Shown here: one piece after another, positions 36,401 through 45,029 of the stretch
How positions within the stretch are numbered: the first letter of the stretch is position 1
How the letters are laid out: the number at the start of each line of letters is the position of its first letter
Assembly (NCBI GenBank): GCA_963457535.1
Contig: OY734803.1
Span: 1,812,977-1,876,976, forward strand
DNA length: 64,000 nucleotides
Source of the DNA: Arenicellales bacterium
Lineage (GTDB): Bacteria > Pseudomonadota > Gammaproteobacteria > Arenicellales > Poriferihabitantaceae
Reading direction: 5' to 3'
Position numbers and translations under genes: made by a program
The notes under the pieces: model-generated
Database searches by the model: none
The model's input: only the letters and a program-made list of their open reading frames with translations
Told to the model about the DNA's origin: nothing

Positions 36401-39400
36401 AACTACCGCGTGGAAAACAGCCGCATTACCGGCCTGGTCAACCGCCGTCCGCTGCATGTAACCCCGGGCGGCACCGCCGCGACCACGCCGCCGAATCCGC
36501 AGAACCGCGATTTTCTGATCGTCGGCGAAGGCGTGGACGAGGGCCTGGTCGGCGGCGACACCGCCGCGCAGGTGTTCACCGGCGCGTTCACTCTGGGCAC
36601 GCGCACGCCGGCCTCCGGGCGCGGCACGCAGCCGACGCAGTGCGGCACGCTGGCAATCGCCTCCGGACTGCCGGGCGACAACTACTGGCTGGCGTCGTGC
36701 GGCGACGGCGAAGTCGTCTATACCGGCGCGCCCGCGGTTGCGACCGCGCCGCGCAATCTCACGGCGAGCGCCGCCGCCGCGCCGGCCGCGCCGGAGAGCG
36801 TGCAACTCTCCTGGCAGGCGCCGGACCCCGAGCCGCATCCGCCGATTACCACCTACCGCGTGCGCTGGCGCGCGAGCGGCGGGCCCGCTTTCGCCGCGGA
36901 CGACCGCGGCGTGGGCGCTTCCGGCGCGACTTCGCACACGGTGAGCGGGCTCACCGGCGGCGTGGAATACGAGTTTCAGGTGTTCGCGGTCAATGACGAA
37001 GGCGACGGCGCGGCCGCGAGCGCCACCGCGACGCCGCGCGCGGCGTCTTCCGACGCGACTTTGCGCGCGTTGGATGTCAACACCTCGTTCATGGCGTTTC
37101 GCCCGGCGTTTGACCCGGCGGTTACCGAGTATTCCGCGGTGATGCGCAACAACGACCCCAAGCACGACCCGGATATCCGGCCCAACGCAAGGTGGATCAG
37201 CGCAACCACCAATCACGCGGGCGCGACCGTGCAATGGAGCATCTCGAGCCCGCAAGACAACAGCAACTTTTGCCTGTTCAAAACCAACGAACGGTGCGCA
37301 AAGACCCGGGAGGTCCCGAGCGGGATGAGGGTGCACAATAGTGTCCAGCACAGCATTCTGCGGTTTGACCGCCAAAGGTCGCACTCCGTCTACACCTTTG
37401 CGGTCACGGCCGAAGACGGCAGCACCAAGACCTACACGATGACCGCGTATCTGACGCCGGGGTTTACCGGCGCGATCAACGAAGCGCGCGCGCATTCGCT
37501 GCGGGTCACCGGCAAGGACGACGAGGTTCTCCAAACCTCGCCGAATTTTCATCCGAACGGACACGGCGCCTCGTATACGGCGGCGCTGCGCCAAAGCGGC
37601 ACTTTCAAACTCAGCGCCGACGTGTATTTTTCGCCGTCCAACATCGCGATCTACAGGATTGAGAGCGGAACGGCGACGCTGCTGCAGAACAACCTCGCCA
37701 ACAACACGCCGAGCAACCCGATTGATGTCGCCGAGGGCGGCTCGGTGACGGTGGAGATGCGCATCTCGGTGGGCGCGAGTTCCGGCGGCGGCGGGCAGAA
37801 AAACTACCGCGTCACCGTGACCCGCCCGCGCGCCTCCTCCGACGCGACGCTGTCCGCGGCCGCGCTGCGCGACGCCGACGGCAATGCGGTGCCGCTGGTG
37901 GAGCGGTTTGCCGCCGCGACCAAGGCCTACACCGCGTTCGTCGGCAACGAGACCACGAGCGTCACATTGACGCCGACCGCCGACCGCTTCGCGCGCGTCA
38001 CCGTGAACGGCGCGGCCGTGGCGCACGGTTCGGCGAGCGCGGCGATTGCACTGAGCGAGGGCGAGAACACCATCAATGTGGCGATCACCGCCGAGGACGG
38101 CGCGGCGACCGACGCATACACTTTCACCGTAACCCGCTACCCGGCGCGCATTCCGCTGGCGGTTACGCCGAACGCGCACAGCCGCGCATACGGCGAGGCC
38201 GACCCGGCGCTGGATTTCAGCGCGACCGGGTTCACCGGCGGCGATGACAAGGACGCGGTGTTCAGCGCGCCGCCGTTTTCGCGCGCCACGGGCGACGACG
38301 CCGGCGCATACGCGTATGCGCTGAAAACGGAATTGCCGCTGATCAGCCCGGCCGGGCTGAAATACACGGTGACCCTGGCCGGTTCCAACTCCTTCACCAT
38401 CACGCCGCGCGAGGTCACCATCGCCGCGGTTACCGCGACCAAGACCTACGACGGCAGCGCCGGCTTTGCCGGCAGCGTGGTCACCGGCGGCGCGGTCGGC
38501 AACACGCTCGCCGGCGAGAATCTGGAAATGGAGTTGACCGGCGGCGCCTACGGCTCGGCCAGCGTCGGCAGCGCGGCCATGAGCAGCCCGGTCGCGGCGC
38601 TGACCAGCGCCGACGGAAGCGCGAAACCGTCCAACTACCAACTGCCGTCGCCGCTCGCGGTTACCGGCGTGATTGAGCGCAAACCGGTTACCGTCACCGC
38701 CACCGGCGCGAGCAAGCCCTACGACGGCGGACTCGGCGCGCCGCCCGGCATCAGCGGCGTCTTCGCCGCCGGCGACATCGTCGGCGCGGACGCGGTCAGC
38801 GTGGTGTTCGGCGATTACGACGACAAAGACGTCGCCGATGCGAGCGCGATTTCCTACACGCTCGGCGGCGCCGCCGCCGGCAACTACGCGCCCGGCGGGG
38901 ACGGCACGGTGGCCGCGTCCATCACGCCGAAGACCGTGACGGTCGCCGATGTGGCGCTGGAAAAAACCTACGACGGCACGACCGCTTTCGGCGGCAGCGG
39001 CATTCAAAGCGGCAGCGGCGCGGTCAGCGGCGCGGCCGGCAGCGAGCAATTGGAATTGACCGCGCAGGACGCGGGGACCTATGCGCAGGCCGGCGTCGGA
39101 AGCAACCTCGGTTTTGACGGCGCGCAGTTTGCGCTCGCCGCGGCCGGCGGCGGCGCCGATGTGAACAACTACCAACTTCCGTCTTCCATCACCGTGCGCG
39201 GCGTGATTACGCGGCGGACGGTGGAAGCGGAAGTGGTCGGCGCGGCGACCAAGGTGTATGACGGCACGGCCGCCGCGCCGGCCGGCATCGCGGTGGTGTT
39301 CACCGCCGGGCGCGGCCCGGTGTCGGCCGACCTCAGCGGCGCCGGCGCGGTCAGCGTGGCCTTCGGCGCGTATGACAGCAAGAATGTCGCCGACGCCACT

Positions 39401-42400
39401 TCGCTTGCGCTGGAGTTGCGCGGCGCGAAAGCGGCGAATTACCAACTGGCGACCGCCCAGGTTTCCGCGAGCATTACCAAGCGCTCGGTTACGGCCGCGG
39501 CGGCGGTGCTGACCAAGGTTTACGACGGCGGCGTGTTCACCGCCGGGGCGACGCTCAGCGGCGGTGAAATCACCGGCGAAGCGCCCGGCGAGCAGTTGGT
39601 TCTGCGGCACACCGCCAACAGCGGCGCGTATGCGGGCGCCGATGTGAGCGCGAATGTCGGCGTGTCAAGCGCGCTTTACACCCTCGCCGCCGCGCCCGGC
39701 GCGAGCGGGACTTTGCCGGCGAACTACAATTTGCCGGCGGTTTCCACCGGCGGCGTCATCACCAAAAAAGCGGTGACCGTGTCGGCGGTGGAGATCACCA
39801 AGACCTACGACGGCGGCTCCGCTTTCGGCGCGAGTTCGGTGTCGGGCGGCGGCGAAGTGTCCGGCGAAGTCAGCGGGCAGAACCTAGACTTGCGCGTAAC
39901 CGGCGGCGTCTATGCCGCCAAGAATGTCGCCGCGAGCCATGCGGTGACTTCGCTGGCGTTTGAATTGTTCAGCGCCGACGGCACCGCCGACCCGGGCAAC
40001 TATTCCGCGCCGGCGAGCGTCTCCGCCACCGGCGCCATCACCAAACTCGCCATCACCTACACGCTGACCGCCGGCGCGCGCGTGTATGACGCGACCACGG
40101 CGGTTCGCACCGCGCTCGGCGGCGGGTTTTCGCCGGCGGTGATCAGCGGCGATGATTTGCGCATCAATACCGACGCGGCCGCGTATGCCGACGCCAACGC
40201 CGGCACCGGCAAGAGCATCACCGGCGCGGTCGCCGGAGGCGCCGATCTCGGCAACTACGAGGTGACCATCACCGGCGGCGGTGACATCACGCGGCGGACG
40301 CTGCGCCTGACCGCCGAGGGGCGCGCCGCCGAGGCGCCGGCGGATTTGACCGACCGCGGCTTGCTGCGCGACACTTCCGACACTTCCAACAACGAGGGCC
40401 CGGTCGGCGGCCACACGTTGGCGCAACTTCTGCAGGGGGCGATTGCGCTCGGCACGCGCACGCCGGTGAGCGGCGAAGGCAGCGCGCCGCTGACGCAGGG
40501 CGCGCTTGCGCTGACTTCCACCGCGCCCGGCTCCAACTACAGGCTGGTGTTTACCGACGGCGTGTTCACCTTCATCGATCCGAACAAGCCGACGCTGGTG
40601 GTGACGCCGGTCGCGCCGCTGACGCGCGTCTATGGCGAAGCCGCGCCGACTTCTTTCACGCACACCATTTCACTGGCCGCGGGCGCCACCTTCCGCGACG
40701 GCGACAGCGCCTCCACGCAGTTCTTCACCGGCGAGCCGCTGGCGCTGCCGGCCGGCGCGGCCGATGCCGGGCAGTATGACTTCCAATTGGCCGACCCGCT
40801 TCCGGCGAGCGCCGAGACGCTGCGCCAATACAACTTCGTGCTGGACGAAAACGCGCCGCGCTACACCATCACGCGAAAAACGGTGAGCGTGGCCGCGGTG
40901 GTGCTGAGAAAGGAATACGACGCGACCACCGCGGCCGGCGGCGCGACCCTGAGCGGCGGCGCGGTCGGCGATGCGGTCGGCGGCGAGAGTTTGACGCTCG
41001 CGCTCGCCGCCGTGGTGGATGACACTTATGACTCGGCCGACGCCGGCAGCGGCATCGGCGTTACCGCGAGCGGCGCGCAGGACTTTGTTCTGCAAAGCGG
41101 CGACGGCTCCACCAAGCCGGAAAATTACCAACTGCCGGCCGGCATTTCGGTCAGCGGCGTGATCACGCCGAAAACCGTCGCGGTCGGCGATGTGGTGCTG
41201 ACCAAGGTCTACGACGCCACCGTGGATTTCGGCGAGAGCGCCGTCAAAAGCGGCAGCGGCGCAATTTCCGGCACGGCCGGCGGCGAGGAATTGACGCTGA
41301 CCGCGCGCGCCGGAACCTACGCCTCGGCCGGCGTCGGCGCGCCGGCGGTGACCATTCCCGATGTCGCCACGGCGTTTGCGCTGGCCGGCGTCGGCGGCGC
41401 GAAGCCGGACAACTACGCGCTGCCGTCTTCGGTCACGGTCAGCGGCGAAATTACCGCCAGGCCGGTGACCGCAACCGCGACCGGCGCGACCAAGCCTTAC
41501 GACGGCGCGCTGACCGCGCCGCCCGGCATCGCGCTGACTTTCGCGGAGAGCGCCGGCATCGTCGCCGCCGATGACGGCGAGGTGTCCCTGAACGCCGGCG
41601 ATTACAACGACAAAGACGCGGCCGACGCGGAGCGCATCGCGGTTTCCCTGAGCGGCGGCAAGGCCGGCAATTACCGGCTGAGTAGCGCAAGCGTGGCCGC
41701 GGTCATCACGCCGAAAGAGTTGACGGTCGGCGCGATCACGCTGACCAAGGTGTATGACAGCACCGTGGTAACCGCGGTGGCGACGCTCGCCGGCGGCGCG
41801 GTCGGCGGCGTGGTCGACGGCGAGGCGGCGACGCTGAACATCACCAGCCGCGGCGCGTATGCCTCGGCAAACGCCGGCACGGGCATCGGCATCACCGGCG
41901 CGGCGTTTGAACTGGCCGCCGAAGCCGGCACCGACGCGGCCAACTACGAATTGCCGGAAATCCAAATCAGCGGCGTCATCACCGCCAAGCCGGTCAACGC
42001 CGGCGTTGCAAGCGGCAACAGCAAAGTGTATGACGCGAACCTGAGCGCGCCGCCGCAGATGGCGGCGACTTTCGCCGCCGGCGACATTGAAGCGGCCGAC
42101 GGCGAAGCGGCGAGAGTGCGCGTGGCGTTCGGCGAATACGACAGCGCCGATGTCGCCGACGCGAGCGAGGTCGCGGTCAGTTTGGCCGGAACTTCGGCCG
42201 GCAATTACGCGCTGGCGCAGACCGCGCTGCCCGCGACCATCACCAAGCGCGGCTTGCGCGTTGCCGCCGTGGACGCGGTGATTCCGACCGGCGCGAATAT
42301 TCCGGATCCGGCCGACTTGGAACTGCAGGTCGGCGCCGCGCCCGGCGAAGGCTACGCTCCCGGCGAGGACCAAACGGACGCGTTCACCGGCGCGCTTGCC

Positions 42401-42847
42401 TACGGCCCGGCGAATGCCGACCTCAGCCGCCCGATTGAGCGGGGCAATTTGGCGGCGACCGCCAATTACGAAATCCTCTCGTTCACCGCCGGGCTGTTTA
42501 CCATCGGCCTGCCCTTTGACGCCGATGAAAACGACACGGTGGACGGCGTCGACGGCCTGCTCATCGCCAGGTATTTGCTCGGGCTGCGCGGCGCGGCGCT
42601 GGTTGCCAATCTGGAAAATGTCGACCAAGACGCGACCGCCGACAGCATCGCCGCAAAAATCGCCGCGGCCGGAAGCAAACTGGATGTGGACCGCAACGGC
42701 GGCGGCAAGGCCAACGCCGCCGACGGCATCATGATCGCGCGGTATTTTCTCGGCGTAACCGAGGGTCCCGGTTTGACCTTCGGGCAGAGCAGCGAGGACG
42801 CCGCGAACGTCGCGAGAAACATCGCGGATACGCTGCCGCAGGAGTGA
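33467..42847 (+). CDS. Giant (3126-aa) secreted repeat protein: cadherin-like beta-sandwich domains, Fn3, many YDG/MBG-type repeats, C-terminal dockerin-like module
   Basis: ORF 33410..42847 trimmed to ATG 33467, with GGAG at 33455-33458.
- Signal peptide: MKLPVKFFPAALGAFLVLFAAPFQAHA/QSSD.
- Repeated SSDATL...L.P.F......Y domains.
- Fn3: VQLSWQAPDPEPHPPITTYRVRW...VEYEFQVFAVNDEG.
- I count 14 (K/R)xYD(G/A/S) repeat starts by eye.
- C-terminus: DADENDTVDGVDGLLIARYLLGLRG ... DVDRNGGGKANAADGIMIARYFLGV ... IADTLPQE. Confidence 0.9.
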   Translation: MKLPVKFFPAALGAFLVLFAAPFQAHAQSSDATLAGFNLNEPHSRSSQRPTPQLAPAFDPQVENYLAFFPNNHSTRSSERSANVSVSPRTKPGQTVQTTASGSGAFPPRGTRTYTFVVTAADGRTTKTYTVLALLSHHSSPHGIVISDASNDSREFSLTPVYSPLTAEYNVVVPFDVSAIKVRAIHPPYHNPASPHRRVHRNVDLRKWEDDVSSKVEDLTENARSQQSVAVPEGGQAVRLSIYTDEVVFQLGSGRDASPASEYFLNIVRAPAPHPLALSALEVVNTADDSTLDLTPEFEADVGNYVVRLPNNQDATLKVRATAAAANTASLSVRLNGAAFQGSLASGALSNDISAAGAPGSETDIIVQVTGASGSRQYTVRVIPPLTAGAASALSALSAATPDGSAVVFDRAFHRSTRSYSALVPRPANFVKVTATPADSNASMTLNGAALAGGAESGEIALSLANGGANKLELAVTAADRQSSQTYTLNITRTQVIPDAQNARLRELRFTSGALGAAFSPDTTAYTAALPGRVRVIAVPEAAGASIRISGDALTSGDRGALAAGAPSAFLLHRAPPATSTLNVEVTASDGATTKTYTVTITNTAQRNIATLDAIRFRSCERQPGGSSAFCSTSTLRDEAAIFHPPFAPGDASKLRYAVVLPNTSRLAHLVLADATDGRTTAARITSPGHTSASGDNRAINFAADRSREVRLEVIADDGTRLTYILTVSRAAASKQTLSWPAGNHRKAYGANDPAIPRAALPVDFATVFSADPVTRAPGETPGVYNYRPKDPIPWASADAAARYTLSVSGNLTIPKRRLTHAGTLNKVYDGSAAVTQEIPAFGNVVGARTVNGVAIDDTQPGKLYARNCAYADKNAGENKQINCELAGESAAYYELASRPTGSITPLQLTVFGKVAPRVYDGTTAVTGDITILSANPPLQADEDITLSASGGRYADINAGFEKQVTAALIAREGGDKDNYRVENSRITGLVNRRPLHVTPGGTAATTPPNPQNRDFLIVGEGVDEGLVGGDTAAQVFTGAFTLGTRTPASGRGTQPTQCGTLAIASGLPGDNYWLASCGDGEVVYTGAPAVATAPRNLTASAAAAPAAPESVQLSWQAPDPEPHPPITTYRVRWRASGGPAFAADDRGVGASGATSHTVSGLTGGVEYEFQVFAVNDEGDGAAASATATPRAASSDATLRALDVNTSFMAFRPAFDPAVTEYSAVMRNNDPKHDPDIRPNARWISATTNHAGATVQWSISSPQDNSNFCLFKTNERCAKTREVPSGMRVHNSVQHSILRFDRQRSHSVYTFAVTAEDGSTKTYTMTAYLTPGFTGAINEARAHSLRVTGKDDEVLQTSPNFHPNGHGASYTAALRQSGTFKLSADVYFSPSNIAIYRIESGTATLLQNNLANNTPSNPIDVAEGGSVTVEMRISVGASSGGGGQKNYRVTVTRPRASSDATLSAAALRDADGNAVPLVERFAAATKAYTAFVGNETTSVTLTPTADRFARVTVNGAAVAHGSASAAIALSEGENTINVAITAEDGAATDAYTFTVTRYPARIPLAVTPNAHSRAYGEADPALDFSATGFTGGDDKDAVFSAPPFSRATGDDAGAYAYALKTELPLISPAGLKYTVTLAGSNSFTITPREVTIAAVTATKTYDGSAGFAGSVVTGGAVGNTLAGENLEMELTGGAYGSASVGSAAMSSPVAALTSADGSAKPSNYQLPSPLAVTGVIERKPVTVTATGASKPYDGGLGAPPGISGVFAAGDIVGADAVSVVFGDYDDKDVADASAISYTLGGAAAGNYAPGGDGTVAASITPKTVTVADVALEKTYDGTTAFGGSGIQSGSGAVSGAAGSEQLELTAQDAGTYAQAGVGSNLGFDGAQFALAAAGGGADVNNYQLPSSITVRGVITRRTVEAEVVGAATKVYDGTAAAPAGIAVVFTAGRGPVSADLSGAGAVSVAFGAYDSKNVADATSLALELRGAKAANYQLATAQVSASITKRSVTAAAAVLTKVYDGGVFTAGATLSGGEITGEAPGEQLVLRHTANSGAYAGADVSANVGVSSALYTLAAAPGASGTLPANYNLPAVSTGGVITKKAVTVSAVEITKTYDGGSAFGASSVSGGGEVSGEVSGQNLDLRVTGGVYAAKNVAASHAVTSLAFELFSADGTADPGNYSAPASVSATGAITKLAITYTLTAGARVYDATTAVRTALGGGFSPAVISGDDLRINTDAAAYADANAGTGKSITGAVAGGADLGNYEVTITGGGDITRRTLRLTAEGRAAEAPADLTDRGLLRDTSDTSNNEGPVGGHTLAQLLQGAIALGTRTPVSGEGSAPLTQGALALTSTAPGSNYRLVFTDGVFTFIDPNKPTLVVTPVAPLTRVYGEAAPTSFTHTISLAAGATFRDGDSASTQFFTGEPLALPAGAADAGQYDFQLADPLPASAETLRQYNFVLDENAPRYTITRKTVSVAAVVLRKEYDATTAAGGATLSGGAVGDAVGGESLTLALAAVVDDTYDSADAGSGIGVTASGAQDFVLQSGDGSTKPENYQLPAGISVSGVITPKTVAVGDVVLTKVYDATVDFGESAVKSGSGAISGTAGGEELTLTARAGTYASAGVGAPAVTIPDVATAFALAGVGGAKPDNYALPSSVTVSGEITARPVTATATGATKPYDGALTAPPGIALTFAESAGIVAADDGEVSLNAGDYNDKDAADAERIAVSLSGGKAGNYRLSSASVAAVITPKELTVGAITLTKVYDSTVVTAVATLAGGAVGGVVDGEAATLNITSRGAYASANAGTGIGITGAAFELAAEAGTDAANYELPEIQISGVITAKPVNAGVASGNSKVYDANLSAPPQMAATFAAGDIEAADGEAARVRVAFGEYDSADVADASEVAVSLAGTSAGNYALAQTALPATITKRGLRVAAVDAVIPTGANIPDPADLELQVGAAPGEGYAPGEDQTDAFTGALAYGPANADLSRPIERGNLAATANYEILSFTAGLFTIGLPFDADENDTVDGVDGLLIARYLLGLRGAALVANLENVDQDATADSIAAKIAAAGSKLDVDRNGGGKANAADGIMIARYFLGVTEGPGLTFGQSSEDAANVARNIADTLPQE

Positions 42848-42889
42848 GGGAAAGCCCGGGCGGGCATGCGGAAACCCGGGCGGCGCGCG

Positions 42890-43381
42890 TTATGCGCGCG
42901 CGCCGTCCAAAAATTGCTCCAACTCGGTCAGCGCGCGCTCATACACTTGCCGTTTGAAGCGGACGATTTGCCGCGGCGGCAGCCAGTAATCCACCCAGCG
43001 CCAGTGGTCAAATTCGGGCGCGTCGGAAAGGTCCAGGCGGACGCTGGAATCCGGCGCGGTCAGTTTGAACAGGAACCACCGCTGTTTTTGCCCGCGAAAT
43101 CCGCGCAGGCGGTGGCGGTAGGGGACATCGTAGTGCAGCCAGTTTTCGGTCGCGCCGAGCAGGCGGACATCGCGCTCGGTCAGCCCGACTTCCTCCTCCA
43201 ATTCGCGCAGCGCGGCCTCGCGCGCCGACTCGTCGGGCTTGACTCCGCCCTGCGGAAATTGCCAGCCGTCGTGGCGGATGCGCCGCGCCCACAGCACCTG
43301 GCGATGGTCATTGCAGACCACGATGCCGACATTTTTGCGGTATCCGTCGCGGTCTAGGTTGTTGGCGGCGGACGGCGGCAT
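42890..43381 (-). CDS. rppH: RNA pyrophosphohydrolase RppH (NudH)
   Basis: ORF 42890..43528 trimmed to ATG 43381 (MPPSAANNLDRDGYRKNVGIVVCN...). The Nudix box is GGVKPDESAREAALRELEEEVGL. The C-terminal PEFDHWRWVDYWLP resembles E. coli RppH. Confidence 0.9.
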   Translation of the reverse strand: MPPSAANNLDRDGYRKNVGIVVCNDHRQVLWARRIRHDGWQFPQGGVKPDESAREAALRELEEEVGLTERDVRLLGATENWLHYDVPYRHRLRGFRGQKQRWFLFKLTAPDSSVRLDLSDAPEFDHWRWVDYWLPPRQIVRFKRQVYERALTELEQFLDGARA

Positions 43382-43515
43382 CGGCGGATTGTAAGCGCGC
43401 GCGCCGCTTTTGGCAACGGATTTGCCGGGTTTTCGCGGCTTTTTTGGGGGCGTTTTTGGCATTTCCGCCCATTTTTCCGCGTTTTTCGGGGGAGAAAAAA
43501 ACCTCGTTACCCCCC

Positions 43516-43570
43516 TTGACATCGGCAAATCGCGTTGTGTATATTTGTGGTAATTTGTGGATATTTATGG
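43516..43570 (+). promoter_or_regulatory. Pmra-type promoter with three 10-bp-spaced direct repeats (putative MraZ operator)
   Basis: TTGACA (43516-43521), an 18-nt spacer, then TATATT (43540-43545). Direct repeats ATTTGTGG (43543-43550), ATTTGTGG (43553-43560) and ATTTATGG (43563-43570) follow. The mraZ ATG is at 43592. Confidence 0.6.
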
Positions 43571-43591
43571 GGTAATTTCCCAAAACTCATT

Positions 43592-44050
43592 ATGTTGCGA
43601 GGCGGAAGTCCGCTCAGTCTGGACGCCAAGGGGCGCGTGGCGATCCCCGGGCGATACCGCGGCCAATTGGCCGAGCGTTGCGGCGGCCGCCTGGTGCTCA
43701 CCGTGAACACCGCCGGCGAGCGCTGCCTGTGGCTCTACCCGATGGACGAGTGGGAGCGGGTTGAGCGCAAGGTGGACGAGTTGCCGAGTTTTCAGCGCGC
43801 CCATCAAAAACTGAAGCGGTTTTTCATCGGCCACGCGCGCGAGGTGGACATGGACAAGAGCGGGCGGCTGCTGCTGCCGGCGCCGCTGAAAGAGTTCGCG
43901 CGCATCGACAAAGAAGTGTTTCTGGTCGGGCAGGGCAACAAGTTTGAAATCTGGAACGCAGAGTTGTGGAACACGCAGCGCGAGCAGTGGCTCGCCGAAG
44001 AGCTCGACACGGGCAACCTGTCGGTGGAGATGGAGCAACTGACTTTGTAG
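43592..44050 (+). CDS. mraZ: Transcriptional regulator MraZ
   Basis: ORF 43535..44050 trimmed to ATG 43592 (MLRGGSPLSLDAKGRVAIPGRYR...). The second SpoVT/AbrB-like half is DKSGRLLLPAPLKEF. It is the first gene of the dcw cluster. Confidence 0.93.
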   Translation: MLRGGSPLSLDAKGRVAIPGRYRGQLAERCGGRLVLTVNTAGERCLWLYPMDEWERVERKVDELPSFQRAHQKLKRFFIGHAREVDMDKSGRLLLPAPLKEFARIDKEVFLVGQGNKFEIWNAELWNTQREQWLAEELDTGNLSVEMEQLTL

Positions 44051-44061
44051 GCTTCGCTTCC

Positions 44062-45027
44062 ATGACGCACACGCCGGTACTCCAAGAGAAAGTGATCGAA
44101 GCATTGAAAATTAACGCTAGCGATGTGGTCGTGGACGCGACATACGGCGGCGGCGGCCACTCGCGCGCGATTCTCGCGCAACTCGGCGCGGGCGGGCGGT
44201 TGCTCGCGCTGGACCGCGACCCCGAGGCGGTGGCGCGCGCGCGCCGCGACTTCGGCGGCGACGCGCGCTTTGACGCGGTGCATGCGAAGTTCTCGCAACT
44301 CGGCCCGGTGCTGCGCGCGCGCGGACTGGAGCGGCGCGTGGACGCAATGCTGTTTGACCTCGGCATTTCCTCGCTGCAACTGGACGAGCCGCGCCGCGGT
44401 TTCGGCTTTCGCGCCGACGGCCCGCTGGACATGCGCATGAACCGCGGCGAAGGGCAAAGCGCGGCCGAGTGGCTCGCGAATGTGGGCGAGCGCGAACTGG
44501 CGCGAACGCTGCGCGACTTCGGCGAGGAGCGCTTCGCCGGGCGCATCGCGCGCGCGATCAAGCGCCGCCGCCCGGCCGGCACCGCCGACCTCGCGGCGGC
44601 GGTGGCCGAGGCCGCGCCGACGCGCGAGCGATCCAAGCATCCGGCGACGCGCGCCTTTCTGGCGATTCGCATCGCGGTCAACGACGAACTCGGCGAAGTG
44701 CGCGCCGCGCTGCCGCAGGCGCTGGAGGCGCTGGCGCCGCGCGGGCGGCTCGCGGTGCTGAGTTTTCATTCGCTGGAAGACCGGCTGGTCAAGCGCTTTT
44801 TGCGCGAGGAAGCGCGCGGCGACCCGCATCCGCCGGATATGCCGGTGCGCGAAGAGTCGCTGCATCCGCGCCTGAAAATCGTCGGCAAACCGCGCCGCGC
44901 CGATGCGGCCGAAGTCGCGGCAAACCGCCGCGCGCGCAGCGCGGTGCTGCGCGTCGCCGAAAAACTCCCGGAAACTTCCGCGGAAAAGGCCGCGGAAACT
45001 TCCGTGAAAACCCCGACTGCACATTAA
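44062..45027 (+). CDS. rsmH: 16S rRNA (cytosine1402-N4)-methyltransferase RsmH (MraW)
   Basis: This is the frame of ORF 43966..45027, trimmed to ATG 44062 (MTHTPVLQEKVIEAL...). The SAM motif is VDATYGGGGHSRAIL, and DLGISSLQLD is present. There is a short low-complexity tail, EKLPETSAEKAAETSVKTPTAH. Confidence 0.93.
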   Translation: MTHTPVLQEKVIEALKINASDVVVDATYGGGGHSRAILAQLGAGGRLLALDRDPEAVARARRDFGGDARFDAVHAKFSQLGPVLRARGLERRVDAMLFDLGISSLQLDEPRRGFGFRADGPLDMRMNRGEGQSAAEWLANVGERELARTLRDFGEERFAGRIARAIKRRRPAGTADLAAAVAEAAPTRERSKHPATRAFLAIRIAVNDELGEVRAALPQALEALAPRGRLAVLSFHSLEDRLVKRFLREEARGDPHPPDMPVREESLHPRLKIVGKPRRADAAEVAANRRARSAVLRVAEKLPETSAEKAAETSVKTPTAH

Positions 45028-45029
45028 TC

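Noticed and set aside
33347-39610. A 2087-aa minus-strand ORF, with similar long minus-strand ORFs at 40670-42628, 30841-32994, 27503-29275, 25319-26704 and 29485-30696.
   Set aside because: These ORFs are antisense to the giant + strand genes. Their translations are Arg/Gly/Ala-rich junk with no domain periodicity, whereas the + strand shows clean Fn3/cadherin/YDG repeats. Long stop-free antisense frames are expected at this GC content.
42854-42881. A hairpin GCCCGGG-14 nt-CCCGGGC, plus a following GC-only palindrome, between the convergent giant gene C and rppH, considered as a bidirectional intrinsic terminator.
   Set aside because: The stem exists, but no U/T-run follows on either strand and the second palindrome overlaps the rppH stop. 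That is not enough to call a terminator.
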